64,000 bases of DNA, from assembly GCA_976226885.1 (NCBI GenBank), contig OZ320314.1, forward strand, positions 109,678,001 through 109,742,000. Direction: 5' to 3'. The position numbers were made by a program, and so were the translations under genes. The first letter of the stretch is position 1. Each line of letters begins with the position of its first letter. The notes beneath the pieces were generated by a model. The model ran no database searches. It saw nothing but the letters and a program-made list of their open reading frames with translations, and was not told the DNA's origin. Positions 1 through 11,425 of the stretch are shown in pieces. Source of the DNA: Iphione sp. A-MEVVRFRX5 (taxonomy: Eukaryota).

Positions 1-2142
1 ATGTGAACACTGTATTGGACAAATCCATGTAGGTAGGCTTTCATTTCTCTCTGGACAACCTCGGGGCGCCGTCGTCCAGTAGGCATGTGAACTCGATGGT
101 GGTGTCCTCGTCGTGGTCCTCTGGTGAAATAGATATACTGGTTTTAATATTAGAACTGAAGAAATGAGGCTCCCTGACAAGATTATTATGTAAGACAACA
201 CCAAAGGTACGTTAGGCTGTAATAACGCAGGATCGGTTTTTATCAGCAAGCTCATCATGTCTTCGGGAAATAAGTTATTGATAAGCGTCGTCGTGTCTTC
301 AGTGTTCGTGTTATCTTTAATGGGCTCTCCTGCCTTGTGCAAAAATTCCCAGTCTAGGAATGTGATATTTTAATGTAAAAAGCCAAAACGTTTTGGAAGG
401 CATGCCTGCCTTTTAAATTACCTGTATGGCCCATCAGTATAGGGCTCTAAGAAGCTGTTTTTGAACGTATACATGTACAGCATGTTGTATCCCTGTTGAC
501 CAAGAGACAATTTACAGTTACTTGCGCTCCCGTTCAGAGTATGAGAAATAGATGCTGTCAGCCCTGGTATTAATCAGGCATAGCTCGCGTGCCATTCATA
601 TCTAAAGAGCCAATCTTCATGTAATTAAAAGTATAGACCAAGAATAATGAAAACTTCTTTTCAGTTAATTGGATTAGAGCTAAACTATGGGGGGGGGGAG
701 GGTGGAATTGTGCGCTAGCATCTCGCTGGAAGCTCTTTCTGAGATATACCTGCAGCGAAGGCAATCCATCATCTTCCCTCGTGACTGCCAATTCACGGCA
801 AGGTGTCGGTAACGTCGCCCTAGCTCTGCACTTGTTCGTGATCTTTCTATTTCTTTCAGCCCCACCATATCGTTATCAGTAGTCTTGTATTTGCCAAGCT
901 GTTTCGACAATGACGAAAATGGGGCGATGGAGGGGGGGGGGGCAGAAAATTAGATTTTGTCAGGCATAACCGAGATGCATAATCCGCCAAACCCCCCTGC
1001 ACCATCACCCTCTTCATCCACACACATGAAATGGTGACGGGGTTGAGTATAGCTGGCATCACACGACTATGGAGGTCTGTTTTTTCTTCTTGCTGGTCTC
1101 ACAGCTGGTGCTGATGTTCGCGTCCCCCCTCTCTCCCCAGCGGTCCTTTTCTCTATAACGTGCAGCAAATCGGCATCCTGCCGTCTGGTTCTCGGCGCTC
1201 GTCTGCATTGCCCGAGGCTCTAAGCAGTGAATTGGTAGACAGGTCCTCAACCGTAAGATGTTGGGATATTCAGCTCATTCCGGCGAGGCTATTGTCGAAG
1301 GAGCTGTCTCCTAAGTCAAAAGTGAACAACGCTGCCCGGTACAACCACTTGGCTCAGATTGACATCTTGTTCAGTACGAGGAGAGAGCCCCTTGAATGGT
1401 GTTCACTTAAATTCTACGGTGCGAAAACCTGGTAATTTGTATAAGCCTGGCTTCTTAAATGCATATGTAAATGAAAGTGGCTGCAGTCTGCATATACCAC
1501 AGAAAAGGAAATTTGAATGTATTCCTGTGTATGCCTGTATGTGTATGTGTGTGTGTTTGGTGCCTGTATGCATGTGTGTGCATTTGCATATACTTGTCTA
1601 GGGGAAAGACATAGCCTCGTCCCACCATTTGTATGTATGCATATATAAATATCTAACTAAGGATTCAGGGTGTGAATTTTTCTGAAAATAACATTTCACA
1701 TACTTGTTATCATATACTTTGCATTGTTTTCTCCCATTAGATCCAGCTGAATAAAAGCGTACATGTAAATGCAGAAAATAACAATATGCTTTCTCAACAG
1801 ATAGGGGTATACGTTATGCCTAGAACTAGGTACATGTGGGGTTTCGCGCTTGATATCAGTTGGGTCTTCCAAACTCCTTCGCAACCAAACAAGTAGAGAA
1901 GGGGTCCGCGCTGTCCTGAAATTATAACGTGGAAGATACCGAGCAACTCATGCGGACGGGAGAGGGGAGGTCTAGATCTATAGCAGTACGAGTAGCTCAC
2001 TTATGCTGTGCATTCCGAGGTCAGAGCCAGAGCTTGCAGCGTGCGAAGATCCCAGCAAGAAGCGGAGCTGAAACACTAATGGTAGTAGTAGGAGGAGGAG
2101 GTGGAGGTGCATAGCGGTGGATGGCTGTAGCCGGGGGCGCTT

Positions 2143-2206
2143 GTAGTAGCAGTAGTAGCAGCAGCAGTAGTAGCCGGGGTAGTAGAAGCAGCAGCAGAAG
2201 CAGTAG
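2143..2206. repeat. Mixed (CAG/TAG/GAA)n trinucleotide repeat
   Basis: gtagtagcagtagtagcagcagcagtagtag...gtagtagaagcagcagcagaagcagtag read directly; it explains the poly-L/poly-C/Y text of the ORFs at 1978-2316. Confidence 0.85.
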
Positions 2207-2339
2207 ACTCCGCAATTGCCTCTTCCGGCCAGCCTTTGACGGGCGGTGTGTGTAGCGGCGGACGACGAACGCCACCGCGGCTCACGGCAGACGCGGCGTT
2301 CCCACCCCGCAGCCACGCACGTGACACTGCAGAAGGCGC

Positions 2340-2780
2340 GACGGCCGGCGGAAGTTGGGCGAGACCCCGCCCCCTCCCCCCGGAAGTTGAGACCCCTCCC
2401 GATAAGATCCCGGCGGTCGACGAGGGGCCCACACCGCCGCTACTACTACTCGGACCGGACCCCCCGCCGTCACACGGCCCCCACCTACGGAAGGCTGGGA
2501 GCCGTAGGAAGAGGAGAGAGAGTCGGAGGGGGAGGAGGAGGCTATTTAAGCCGGACCGTCGCTCTGAGAGGCAGGCAGGCTGGCAGGCAGGCAGTGAGGC
2601 AGGCAGTGGGCGCCCGTACCGGACCGACCGTACGGTGACGAGGAGTACACCGCCAGGCTTCCAGCCAGCCACCACCACTACCATTACTGCCACCACCACG
2701 CATCATAAACCCTGCGACCGTCCGGGAGGGACTCTACCAGGCCGCTCCGATTTCAGCCGAGGATCAGAGCTATAAAAAAA
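2340..2780 (+). promoter_or_regulatory. GC/CpG-rich promoter-like island
   Basis: ETS-type CCGGAAGT (2380-2387), GC box CCCCGCCCCC (about 2365-2374), TATTTAA (2543-2549), TATAAAA (2771-2777), high CpG density and a downstream (GGCA)n tract. Motif matches only; no transcript evidence. Confidence 0.4.
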
Positions 2781-4085
2781 CCAAAACTTTTGGATTCTCT
2801 GGCGGAAACGACAGGATTATCCCAACACATGCACGGATTACTCAGTTTGGTTGCCTACCTCTGAGGGCCAGTACAGCCCTGAGATACATGCAGCCGCCCT
2901 GAGAAGGGCCTTCTGGTGAGGATTACGGCATGTCAAGAGAGAGTTGCACAGTGAGCAACTCACCCCGAAGGCAACGAGCAAATCCAGAATTTAGGGCAGT
3001 TTTAGCTGGTACAAATACTATATAATATATCAGAAATACTACTCAGGTAGGTAGGTAAACCTGCATTACGGGCAGTGTTCGCATTACAGAGTTTCTATTG
3101 TACACGTACTTGCTTCCGTAGTCCTGCCAAGATCGGGTGTCGCCCTTGTATTGCTAGCTTAACTGGATAGTTTTATGATTCACCTGATAGTGGGAATGTC
3201 GCCAAGGTAGTTGGGTGTGACGTGCTGAGGAAAGGGTGTGTGTTATCTGTGTATTCGCATTGTTCGTTCAATCCTTGAGTGTCTGAAAGGTGACACTTTA
3301 CTTCAGTCCACAGTGATGATAACTTGGCGAAGAGGGACATGGAAAACTGATACTAGTTGTCTCGTGTTACTCTGCCTCGGGGAGTTGTTGTCCATATTAG
3401 AGCTTCTAGGTGGATGAGGGTTTGTTTTTGAAGGGGTGAAAAAAACGAATGTAAAGTGTGTTCAATTCATGCTGTGTATTATGGAACCTACTCACACTCA
3501 CGAATGGTGATATCACGTGACCAATTAGTCAGAAAACCGGCTTCATTCACTCGAGGATGGAAGGGAGGCATCTGCTGTTTTTGCCTTTTTGAGTATTGGG
3601 GGAATAGGGACGTCAGTCTGTCTCCGCTTGAAATGAGTTCCTAGAGCCGGATGAGATTAATGTAACCAACAAGTGATGGATGGGATTTACTTGCCTACAG
3701 GGGGAAAAACCCAATATCTTATCCACAGCTTACCCTGATTTCTCAATGGACATGTCAGTTCCCTTGTGATCAGGCGACTGTGGCTGCCGAGGGAGGTGGG
3801 GAGAGGGGGAGCAGGGGGAGGGTGTGGCAGATAGCACAATTGAAATATCCAGCCCACGTGGCAGCCATGTGAGATTAAGACGCTAGATAGGATATGACAA
3901 TAATTGTCACGAGTGGTGAATCTGCAGGATTGCAATGGAATGGCGATGGTGAGGAGATAATTTGACTCTCCGCCGCCACAGTAAAGCCGGCACGAAAGCA
4001 GCTTGTGTTTTTTAATCGGTGTCCGATTTGATTCGTAGTATCATCTTGACTGTGTACACAGGCCTGTGTCCTATAGCAGTTACTA

Positions 4086-4126
4086 CAGCAGCAGCAGCAG
4101 CAGCAGCAGTAGCAGCAGCAGCAGCA
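4086..4126. repeat. (CAG)n microsatellite
   Basis: (CAG)8 TAG (CAG)4 read directly. Confidence 0.95.
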
Positions 4127-4288
4127 CCTGTCAGTTGCGAAATTGAAGGAGTAGTTTTGAGCGTGGTTTTGCCCACTCACTTTGCTGGTCAAGGCTGCTT
4201 GTCATACTGTACATCACCTGATCTTATGTCGACATTACAGAAGCTGACTGATCCTATAATACGTGTACATATATATGGTATGAGCAAG

Positions 4289-4420
4289 NNNNNNNNNNNN
4301 NNNNNNNNNNNNNNNNNNNNNNNNNNNNNNNNNNNNNNNNNNNNNNNNNNNNNNNNNNNNNNNNNNNNNNNNNNNNNNNNNNNNNNNNNNNNNNNNNNNN
4401 NNNNNNNNNNNNNNNNNNNN
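4289..4420. other. Assembly gap (N-run)
   Basis: Run of N, followed by a GA-rich tract. Confidence 1.
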
Positions 4421-4531
4421 AAGAGAAAAACAGACAGAAAGAGAGAGATAGAGAGACAGGGACAGTCAGATAGAAAGAGATATAGAAACAGAAAGAGAAA
4501 GTGAGAAAACGAAGGAGAGAAAGAAAAAAAA
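4421..4531. repeat. GA/GACA-rich low-complexity tract
   Basis: aagagaaaaacagacagaaagagagagatagagagacagg... purine-rich tract next to the gap. Confidence 0.8.
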
Positions 4532-5905
4532 AGATACCACGCAAGGTCATACTTTATAATAAACAAAAACGGCGTCTCATGAACGCGGCCGGGCTTTTAT
4601 TTAATGTACCTCGGCTTCTAACAATCTTTCCCTTCACTCGGTCGAGGCCAGTTCGCCTGCCTTGGGCGTCGTCCATCATGTTAATATACACCTCTAAGGG
4701 AATTCCCGGCCGGTGCATTGTTCTGCCACCGAGATACGTTACGTAGGCGCACGGATATAAAATTCGACTAATACCATTAAGGTATTGCCTGACAGGAGCA
4801 TGGTCCGTGTGATACGTTACAGAATATCCGTGAATGTTTGACTTTAACCGTGTTTGAGAGACGTAAAGGGACGCCATGTTTAATGCTTTGGAGACGTCCC
4901 GGTTCAGTTTCACCTGGTTGTGATCGCATTCGATAATGCCCGGTGTGAAACTAAAATGTTGTCCTACTTTTTTGTAGCGTTATTTCCATTTGGCGATTAA
5001 TTTCATAACGATAATTCAAGACTTTTCCCCCCTAAAATTGGGCTTTCATGTCATAAACAGACCCTTGCTAACGGCCGCTCTAACACCGCCCAAAGGTCCT
5101 TCTGATTCATGCCGCCTATTTAACGCACACTGTACATCTTTTGTGGAAAATATTTGTTTAATCCCTCAACACACTTACCGCTGCAGCCCAGCCATCCACC
5201 CCTTGATGCATAGAGCCAACAGCAACTACAAAGTGCCCCTACTCAGCCTCTCTCTACCGGTGCCGCCTGCGGGTCTTACTGCGCTTTATTTACCCCCCCC
5301 CCCCCCAACTCTCCCCACTACCACCGCCTCTCCTCTCTCTCTCTCTCTTGGAGATTTTTCCTGTCGCTGCTCTTGTGGCTGCAGCTTCGTTCGCTTGAAG
5401 ACCTCCTAGGTCTCTGTCACTCTCTTCATCCTCATCCTTTTCTTCGCGCTCCTCCTCGCTCCCCACCTCCGCACCCATCTCCGTGCCACATACCTCCCAT
5501 CCCCACCGGGGGGGGGGGGGGTCGGTACACCCAGATAACTACCCACCACCGCCGCCACCACCCCCGCTATACAGGGGTTGCAGGTCAGTTTACTCCACGA
5601 AGGAGGGGGTGGGGGATGGGGTGGGGAGGGGTGATACAGTGCCGAAGGGGTGAAGTGTAGACGGCGCAAGCCTTGGAGGTGTAGCTCATTGATTGACGCC
5701 GGAGGCGCCCCCTAGCAACAGCCTCGCCCCCCTCCCCCCGAGTTGACATCAGCCCTCTGTTCGTGTCGGTGTATCTACCGAGGTCATATTGAACCAATAA
5801 TAAAGGGGTGGCAGCTGGTAGTTAGTGGATAGCATCAGGTTACCTGGCGCCGAAGTGTGAATTTAATGTCTAAACAATGCAGGATGAACCCTTTCATCCA
5901 TCCAA

Positions 5906-6062
5906 CACACATATATATATGTATATATATGTATACATGTATATGTATCTAAAGAGGGAGAAACAGAGACAAACAGACAAAACAGACAGACAGAAAGTAA
6001 GACAGAGAGGGCGAGAGAGAGGGAGAGAGAGAGAGACAGGGACAGGAAGAGACGGGAGATAG
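5906..6062. repeat. Compound (TA)-like and (GA)/(GACA)-like microsatellite
   Basis: acatatatatatgtatatatatgtatacatgt followed by gagaaacagagacaaacagacaaaacagacagacag...gagagagagagac. Confidence 0.8.
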
Positions 6063-6549
6063 AGCTATCTTTGATACTTTGCCCCCATTCACCTCTACTG
6101 CCTCACCCAGATTGGAACAGGTATGAATGAGCCTGGAGCTGTTCGTGTACATTCTGTTTAAACCAGTTTCTTAACTCCGTTCTCTCAGAACCTCAAAGGT
6201 ATGTAGCCTGCACATCTCTACTCCACACACGCACGCATGCACACACACGTACATTTACACACATACGCATGGGGGGAATTAATGATTAGCATACCTTTCT
6301 GCACGGACTTTTATGTACTTCAGTAGCCAGGTTTACTCATATTAGCAGATTTCCGGACACACATGTACGCACGCATGCACACATGCGCCGCCTAGTTGCC
6401 CTCCTTTTACAGTAAGATACAGTAAGTCGAATGAATTACATGTACTTTAGTATCGCATTCTCTGGACTTGAACACAGGGAGTAGCTCCCAACCGTGGCCA
6501 TCTCTGGAGAGACAGCATTATAAGTCCGCCGTCTGTGGGTATAGGTCCC

Positions 6550-7530
6550 TGAGCACTTACCTTCCTCCCCCAAGTGGGCTGTGGCTGCTACAAGGTGAAC
6601 ACTACCCCCCACAGGCTGAGCAACTCGAACCATGAGCACCTCGGCTCCTCCCCCCCAAGCATATTATGGCTACTACAATGTGAACACCAATCACCACAGG
6701 CAGAGCAGCTCATGCCGTGATCACTTTCTTTCCTCCCCCGAGCAGCTTTTGGCTACTACAATGTGAACACCAACCCCAACAGGCCAAGCAGCTTGTGCCA
6801 TAAGCACCTCCTCTCCCAAGCAGGCTATGGCTAATACAGTGTGAACAGCAGCCTCTGTCAGCTGAGCAGCTTATGTAAGAGCACCTCCACTCCTCTCCTG
6901 ACTGGGCTATGGCTACTGCATTATGAACACCAAACCCAACAGGCCAAGCAGCTTGTGTCGTAATAAGCACCTCCTCTCCTCTCCTGAGCAGGATATGGCT
7001 AGCACAGTGTGAACACCAGCCTCTGTCAGCTGAGCAGGTCATGTACGAGCACCTCCTCTCCTCTCCTGATTGGGCTATGGCTACTACACTATGAACACCA
7101 ACCCCCAAAGACCAAGCAACTTGTGCCATAAGCACCTCCTCTCCTCTCCTCTCCTGAGCAGGCTATGGCTAATACATTGTAAACACCAGCCTCTGTCAGC
7201 TGAACAGCTTGTGCACAAGCAGCTCTCCTCTCCTCTCCTGCCTGGGCTATGGCCACTACACTATGAACACCAACCCCTATAGGCCAAGCAGCTTGTGCCA
7301 TAAGCACCTCCTCTCCTCTCCTCTCCTGAGCAGGCTATGGTTAGTACAGTGTGAACACCAGCCTCTGTCAGCTGAGCAGCTTATGTATGAGCACCTCCAC
7401 TCCTCTCCTGACTGGGCTATGGCTACTACAGTGTGAACACCAACCCCCACAGGCCAAGCAGCTTGTGCCATAAGCACCTCCTCTCCTCTCCCAAGTGGGC
7501 TATGGCTACTACAATGTGAACACCAACCCC
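6550..7530. repeat. Minisatellite of about 12 units (77-88 bp) with alternating A/B subunits
   Basis: Units start with GGCTATGGCT or a variant at about 6577, 6663, 6746, 6823, 6905, 6991, 7073, 7161, 7245, 7333, 7415 and 7498. Shared parts are TGTGAACAC and GCACCTCCTCTCC. A = caacccc..aggccaagcagcttgtgccataag; B = cagcctctgtcagctgagcagcttatgtatgag. Confidence 0.95.
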
Positions 7531-7552
7531 CGACCAGCCGAGTCCCCCACAC

Positions 7553-7870
7553 CTATATATGCACCATTCAATGGTTATGTTATCCGCCCGGCCCGGCTCC
7601 CACGCAAGCCCTTCTGATTGGACTTTGTCCCTATTAATCGAGCGGCTATCTAGACAGCCGGCCCAGGCCCATAATAGGGGAATGCGCCGCGAATGATTTT
7701 CCTTGCTGATTGGCCAATAAAACGGCCAATACTGTACGGTGGTGGTGATGGGGGGAGGGGGGTCGCCGGAAGGGAGGGGGAGGTTTAGGTCATCCCGCCC
7801 GCTCACTGTGTTAAGGGCGCGCTTGTTGCGCCTATTGTTCGGCCATGGTGGCCCTCGTCAGGGCGGGCGA
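7553..7870. promoter_or_regulatory. CCAAT/GC-box-rich promoter-like island
   Basis: ATTGG 7617-7621, palindromic ATTGGCCAAT 7709-7718, CCAAT 7726-7730, GC boxes at 7584, 7795 and 7861, and a minus-strand TATA-like ATATATAG at 7553-7560. Confidence 0.45.
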
Positions 7871-9669
7871 CGATGAGAAAATAATGTTAGAGCTACTAGG
7901 TTTTCTGCCGTCTTACGTGATAAATGAGGCTGTGTGAACACTGTTCTCCTAATTTATGTAACATTTCCATCAGCAGCTTCCTCCCCCCACCTCGAAAAAG
8001 ACATCTCTGGCAAGGAGAAGATGCATGCAAATGGACGTCTTATAGTTAGATATTCACCTTTTGAAAAAAAACTAAACGATCACATTTGCGCCCTCTTTCA
8101 TGACCTTGTAAAAACACAGTAGCAGCTCACTCTTCGGGCATTCAGGTTAAGAGGGTAACGTAGAATGAAGGACATTTTTAACTGGTCCCAGTGGATCCTT
8201 CTTTATAATGTTATTAACTCCAGTAGCAGGACAACCCTTAGATGTGGGCAGCTTTGGGCGGTTCCATCGGTAGTCGCATCAGCGGTTTTTTAAAAATATA
8301 ATGTATGGTTATTCTTTGGAGATTATGCACAGTTTGACATCTAATGGGGCCCCAGATTGATAGAAGATGGCCGCCTCAGAGAAGGACGACGAGGATCGCT
8401 GGCGTCAAGGAGAGGCCAGGGCCTGTTCGGCTCAGCGAGCCCTCAGCCAAGTTGTGATCGACTGACTCTCCCACCGTTTCCCCCCACGCCCACACCGCCA
8501 CCACCTCCACACTATAGCCCGCCGCCACCGCCCTCGGCCCAGGCGCCATCAACACGACTTAGGAAAAGCTTAGACCAGCCTTTAAAAAAATATTTTTAAA
8601 GACTTGCTCCCCCAGAGCAATGCTTAATCACCTACCCTTCATGGAGTCGAGCCACTCATAACCTGCTCGTACAGGAGCAATTCCCACCAGTCTCACAACC
8701 GGTCTATGTATGCTTAATCTATCGAGCATGGACTTCGTATTGAGGTTTTTTTTATAATACAGATTGTGGCCTTTGAGCCCTCGGTATGTATGCTGGGATT
8801 TGCGATCTTTTCACCCAAGCAGGTCATGTGATCTGCTCCGAACGCCTTTCAGGTTTCAAGACACGTGATCATAGGCTGCAGTGAGTTGAAACTTCCTCCG
8901 ATCACATTTCACGGGCTCTCATTGCGTTCAAGTCATGTGATCTGTTTTGAAGCAAATATCGTGATTATTACACCAGGACCGATGACTATGCGGAGGCTGG
9001 ATCCGATTTTCTCGCTGTTAAAAACATTTAATATGCCCCAATAGGCCTTTTGTTTCGTAGTCAAACAAGATGCATTGACCTGCATAAATTACCGTCGTTT
9101 GGACAGTTATGTGATCGGTCAAGATCACTGAAATTTTATAATGAGAGTCATTTGCTGTCTCTTTTTTCCTGAAGAAAATCAAAGACAAGGGAAGCTAATC
9201 AAGCAGTTAACAAGGAAGCAATATGTCGTTCAGTACGTTATGGGTTATTTAACTGGTTGAGAGTAGTTGCGAAGGAGGGATAAAGAGACAGAGAAGTCAG
9301 GGGAGAAGGAGGGAGAGAGAATTCTTCCGGGAAACGTAGGCAGGAGTTTGGTTTCCGGTCAGGGCAATTACCATTGAATGAGACACTGGAGTAGCATTAG
9401 ACGAGAAGTCTAAAATTAAACCTTTTGCACCGTTAGCCCATTGAATGGAATGGACTCCTGCGAGAGTCAGTCTTCATTTGGCGCAATTTGTGTTCTTTCC
9501 CTCTGGCTAGCCTTTCATGCTGAAAAAAAGGGTTAAAAAGAATCTTAACTGGTGTCAGCCCCTAGGGGCAAGAAGCTTAATCACAGCCAGTCGGCTCCAG
9601 AGCGAGGGGGAGTGTGCATTAGAAGCTGTGCAAAGGAATCGGGAGGTCCGAGGGGACCACTGGCTGGCG

Positions 9670-9905
9670 GGAGGAGGAGCGGCTCTCCCCCACAGGTGTG
9701 TCATTAAGAGTTGCTCGTAAAACAGGCCAATCGAAACTTAACGAGATCTGGAGCTACTGACTGAACTAAGCTCTTGACTCGAGGTCACCGCCGCTGCCCA
9801 TTATATGGTTACTCTAAATGCCGTAAACCACCGTCTTCTGCCGCCTCCGCTGGTCCCTTTCTTTCCGCTGGATCAGCGCCGGCCTGATTGGATGGTGGCG
9901 CCGTC
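9670..9905. promoter_or_regulatory. GC-rich promoter-like island
   Basis: GAGTTGCTC (9708), CCAAT (about 9727), CTGATTGG (about 9884) and CpG-rich context. Confidence 0.3.
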
Positions 9906-10179
9906 ACCATGTAGCTGTAGTAAGCTGACTGGGATTTAGAGATTACGTGCATTTCAAGAAGAAAGTAATGATTTACTGTTAGTTTTATCGTATTTTAAAT
10001 TACAGTCAGAAAATCAATGTTTTTTAACCGTCGTGTAGGCATCCTATGAAATCTTTCATGTAATTTGGATCGTCTGTCCATGCCCTTTTGGTGTTTTATC
10101 TGCACATTTAGATTTTATGTATTTATGCGAACTTTTTGTGCTCTAAATAAAAGTCGGTAGATGCTGAGACAGGCGGGCA

Positions 10180-10382
10180 NNNNNNNNNNNNNNNNNNNNN
10201 NNNNNNNNNNNNNNNNNNNNNNNNNNNNNNNNNNNNNNNNNNNNNNNNNNNNNNNNNNNNNNNNNNNNNNNNNNNNNNNNNNNNNNNNNNNNNNNNNNNN
10301 NNNNNNNNNNNNNNNNNNNNNNNNNNNNNNNNNNNNNNNNNNNNNNNNNNNNNNNNNNNNNNNNNNNNNNNNNNNNNNNNNN
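10180..10382. other. Assembly gap (N-run)
   Basis: Run of N. Confidence 1.
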
Positions 10383-11339
10383 GTCATATGATAACATCTT
10401 TGGGAACATTGTGTTCTCAATAAATGGTATGAACGCCGCTGGCTATGTCTCTGTAGTTGTCGACAATTGGCAGATACGGTCTCTCTCCCTCCCTGCCCCC
10501 CTCCCCTTCTCTCTCCTCGTCTCCCTCTCCCACTCTCTCTGGCAGCCTTGCTGTCTACCCCTCAGGCGTACGGATGGACGACTGTTAGGACCGCTGTCGT
10601 CTCTCTGTGGTGACTGTGGTATGTATGTGTCTTCAGGTGCTGGAGCAGAACGCTTAAGTAGCTCGTCCTATTACTGCGGCCTTCATATCCCGTGGCGCTC
10701 CTGAAACCGGCCCACACTTAGCGCGATCTGCCGTCTGACTGCTCGGAAAACGCCTATTTACCTACGAGCAGCGGCTGAAAAAGAAGCGCGGCTGTTGCTG
10801 TGTAATGAACCATTAGTCTCTGTTGGGTTCTGGCATGAAGGAGGCAAAATGACATCGGAATCGGAAGCAAGACGAATTGGGTCAAGAGTGATGGGCACCG
10901 GCGTTTTTTCATAGGTTTTGTAAGCGAAAACTGCGAAATAGGTGCAGACAAGCACAGAATTCTGAGCATTGGTTGAGGGCAGTGTGAAGGACAGCGGCAG
11001 TCAGTATTGTTGGAAACTGAATCGCTCAGATATTTCAAGGGCGTGTTGTTTCATGTTGAAGGATATCCAACTCAAGTTTACCATTTTCCAAAAGGTAATT
11101 TATTTTAGAGATGATGATGCGTTACAGCATTCGTGATGGTAGAACTGAATTGTACTGTGTTACAGCTTTAAGGTACCATCTCAACTGTGGCAGGCTTTCA
11201 TCCCACCACTTTTAGAAGAGAGTTAGTGAAAAAGTAAGTGTGCTTTAAGTTAGCATCTCGACTGCCGGGCGGGTTTCATCTCTAACCGCACTCGGCTAGG
11301 TATACCGTTAGTGAAGGTAATGCCTACGTGAATCTGGTG

Positions 11340-11425
11340 CACCCCTGCAGGATCTCACGCGACAAGAGCTGCTCCCGTGGTGCTCGCGAGTCGTTAGCCG
11401 GCCAATCAGAGCCGGGCGTCCACAG
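11340..11425. promoter_or_regulatory. GC-rich promoter-like island
   Basis: GAGCTGCTC (11366), GCTCGCGAG palindrome core (about 11382) and GCCAATCAG (11401). Confidence 0.3.

Noticed and set aside
1-372. Minus-strand frame open for about 124 codons to the window edge (…TFLDWEFLHKAGEPIK…), which looked like the end of a long decayed gene spanning 1-1500
   Set aside because: No recognisable motif. Stop density upstream in the same frame (about 1 per 28 codons) is random-like, and several open stretches of this length are expected by chance in 64 kb.
2613-2635. Similarity (CCGGACCGACCG) to the heads of the terminal satellite at 63744 and 63865
   Set aside because: Shared 12-mers are expected many times over in a 64-kb self-comparison, and the extension is too short.
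1978-2775. Overlapping 84-207 aa ORFs on both strands
   Set aside because: They arise from GC-rich, trinucleotide-repeat DNA that lacks stops in many frames at once; the translations are low-complexity.
4019-4566. ORFs that cross N-runs (also 10115-10420, 12553-12924, 26132-26370, 35540-36194)
   Set aside because: Their length is produced by N codons and microsatellites.
4554-4979. Minus-strand frame of 119-140 aa with protein-like composition
   Set aside because: No domain recognised, no ATG context or splice signals that define it, and length within chance range; worth only a routine BLAST.
5680-5854. LTR-like end: AATAAA (5799), GGTTACC, then a PBS-like TGGCGCCGAA (5845)
   Set aside because: No second LTR, no gag/pol remnant downstream, the end is not CA, and the tRNA complementarity is too short.
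6550-7530. CRISPR-like or repeat-protein interpretation of the array
   Set aside because: Eukaryotic context, no unique spacers, no cas genes; unit lengths are not multiples of 3 and frames break.
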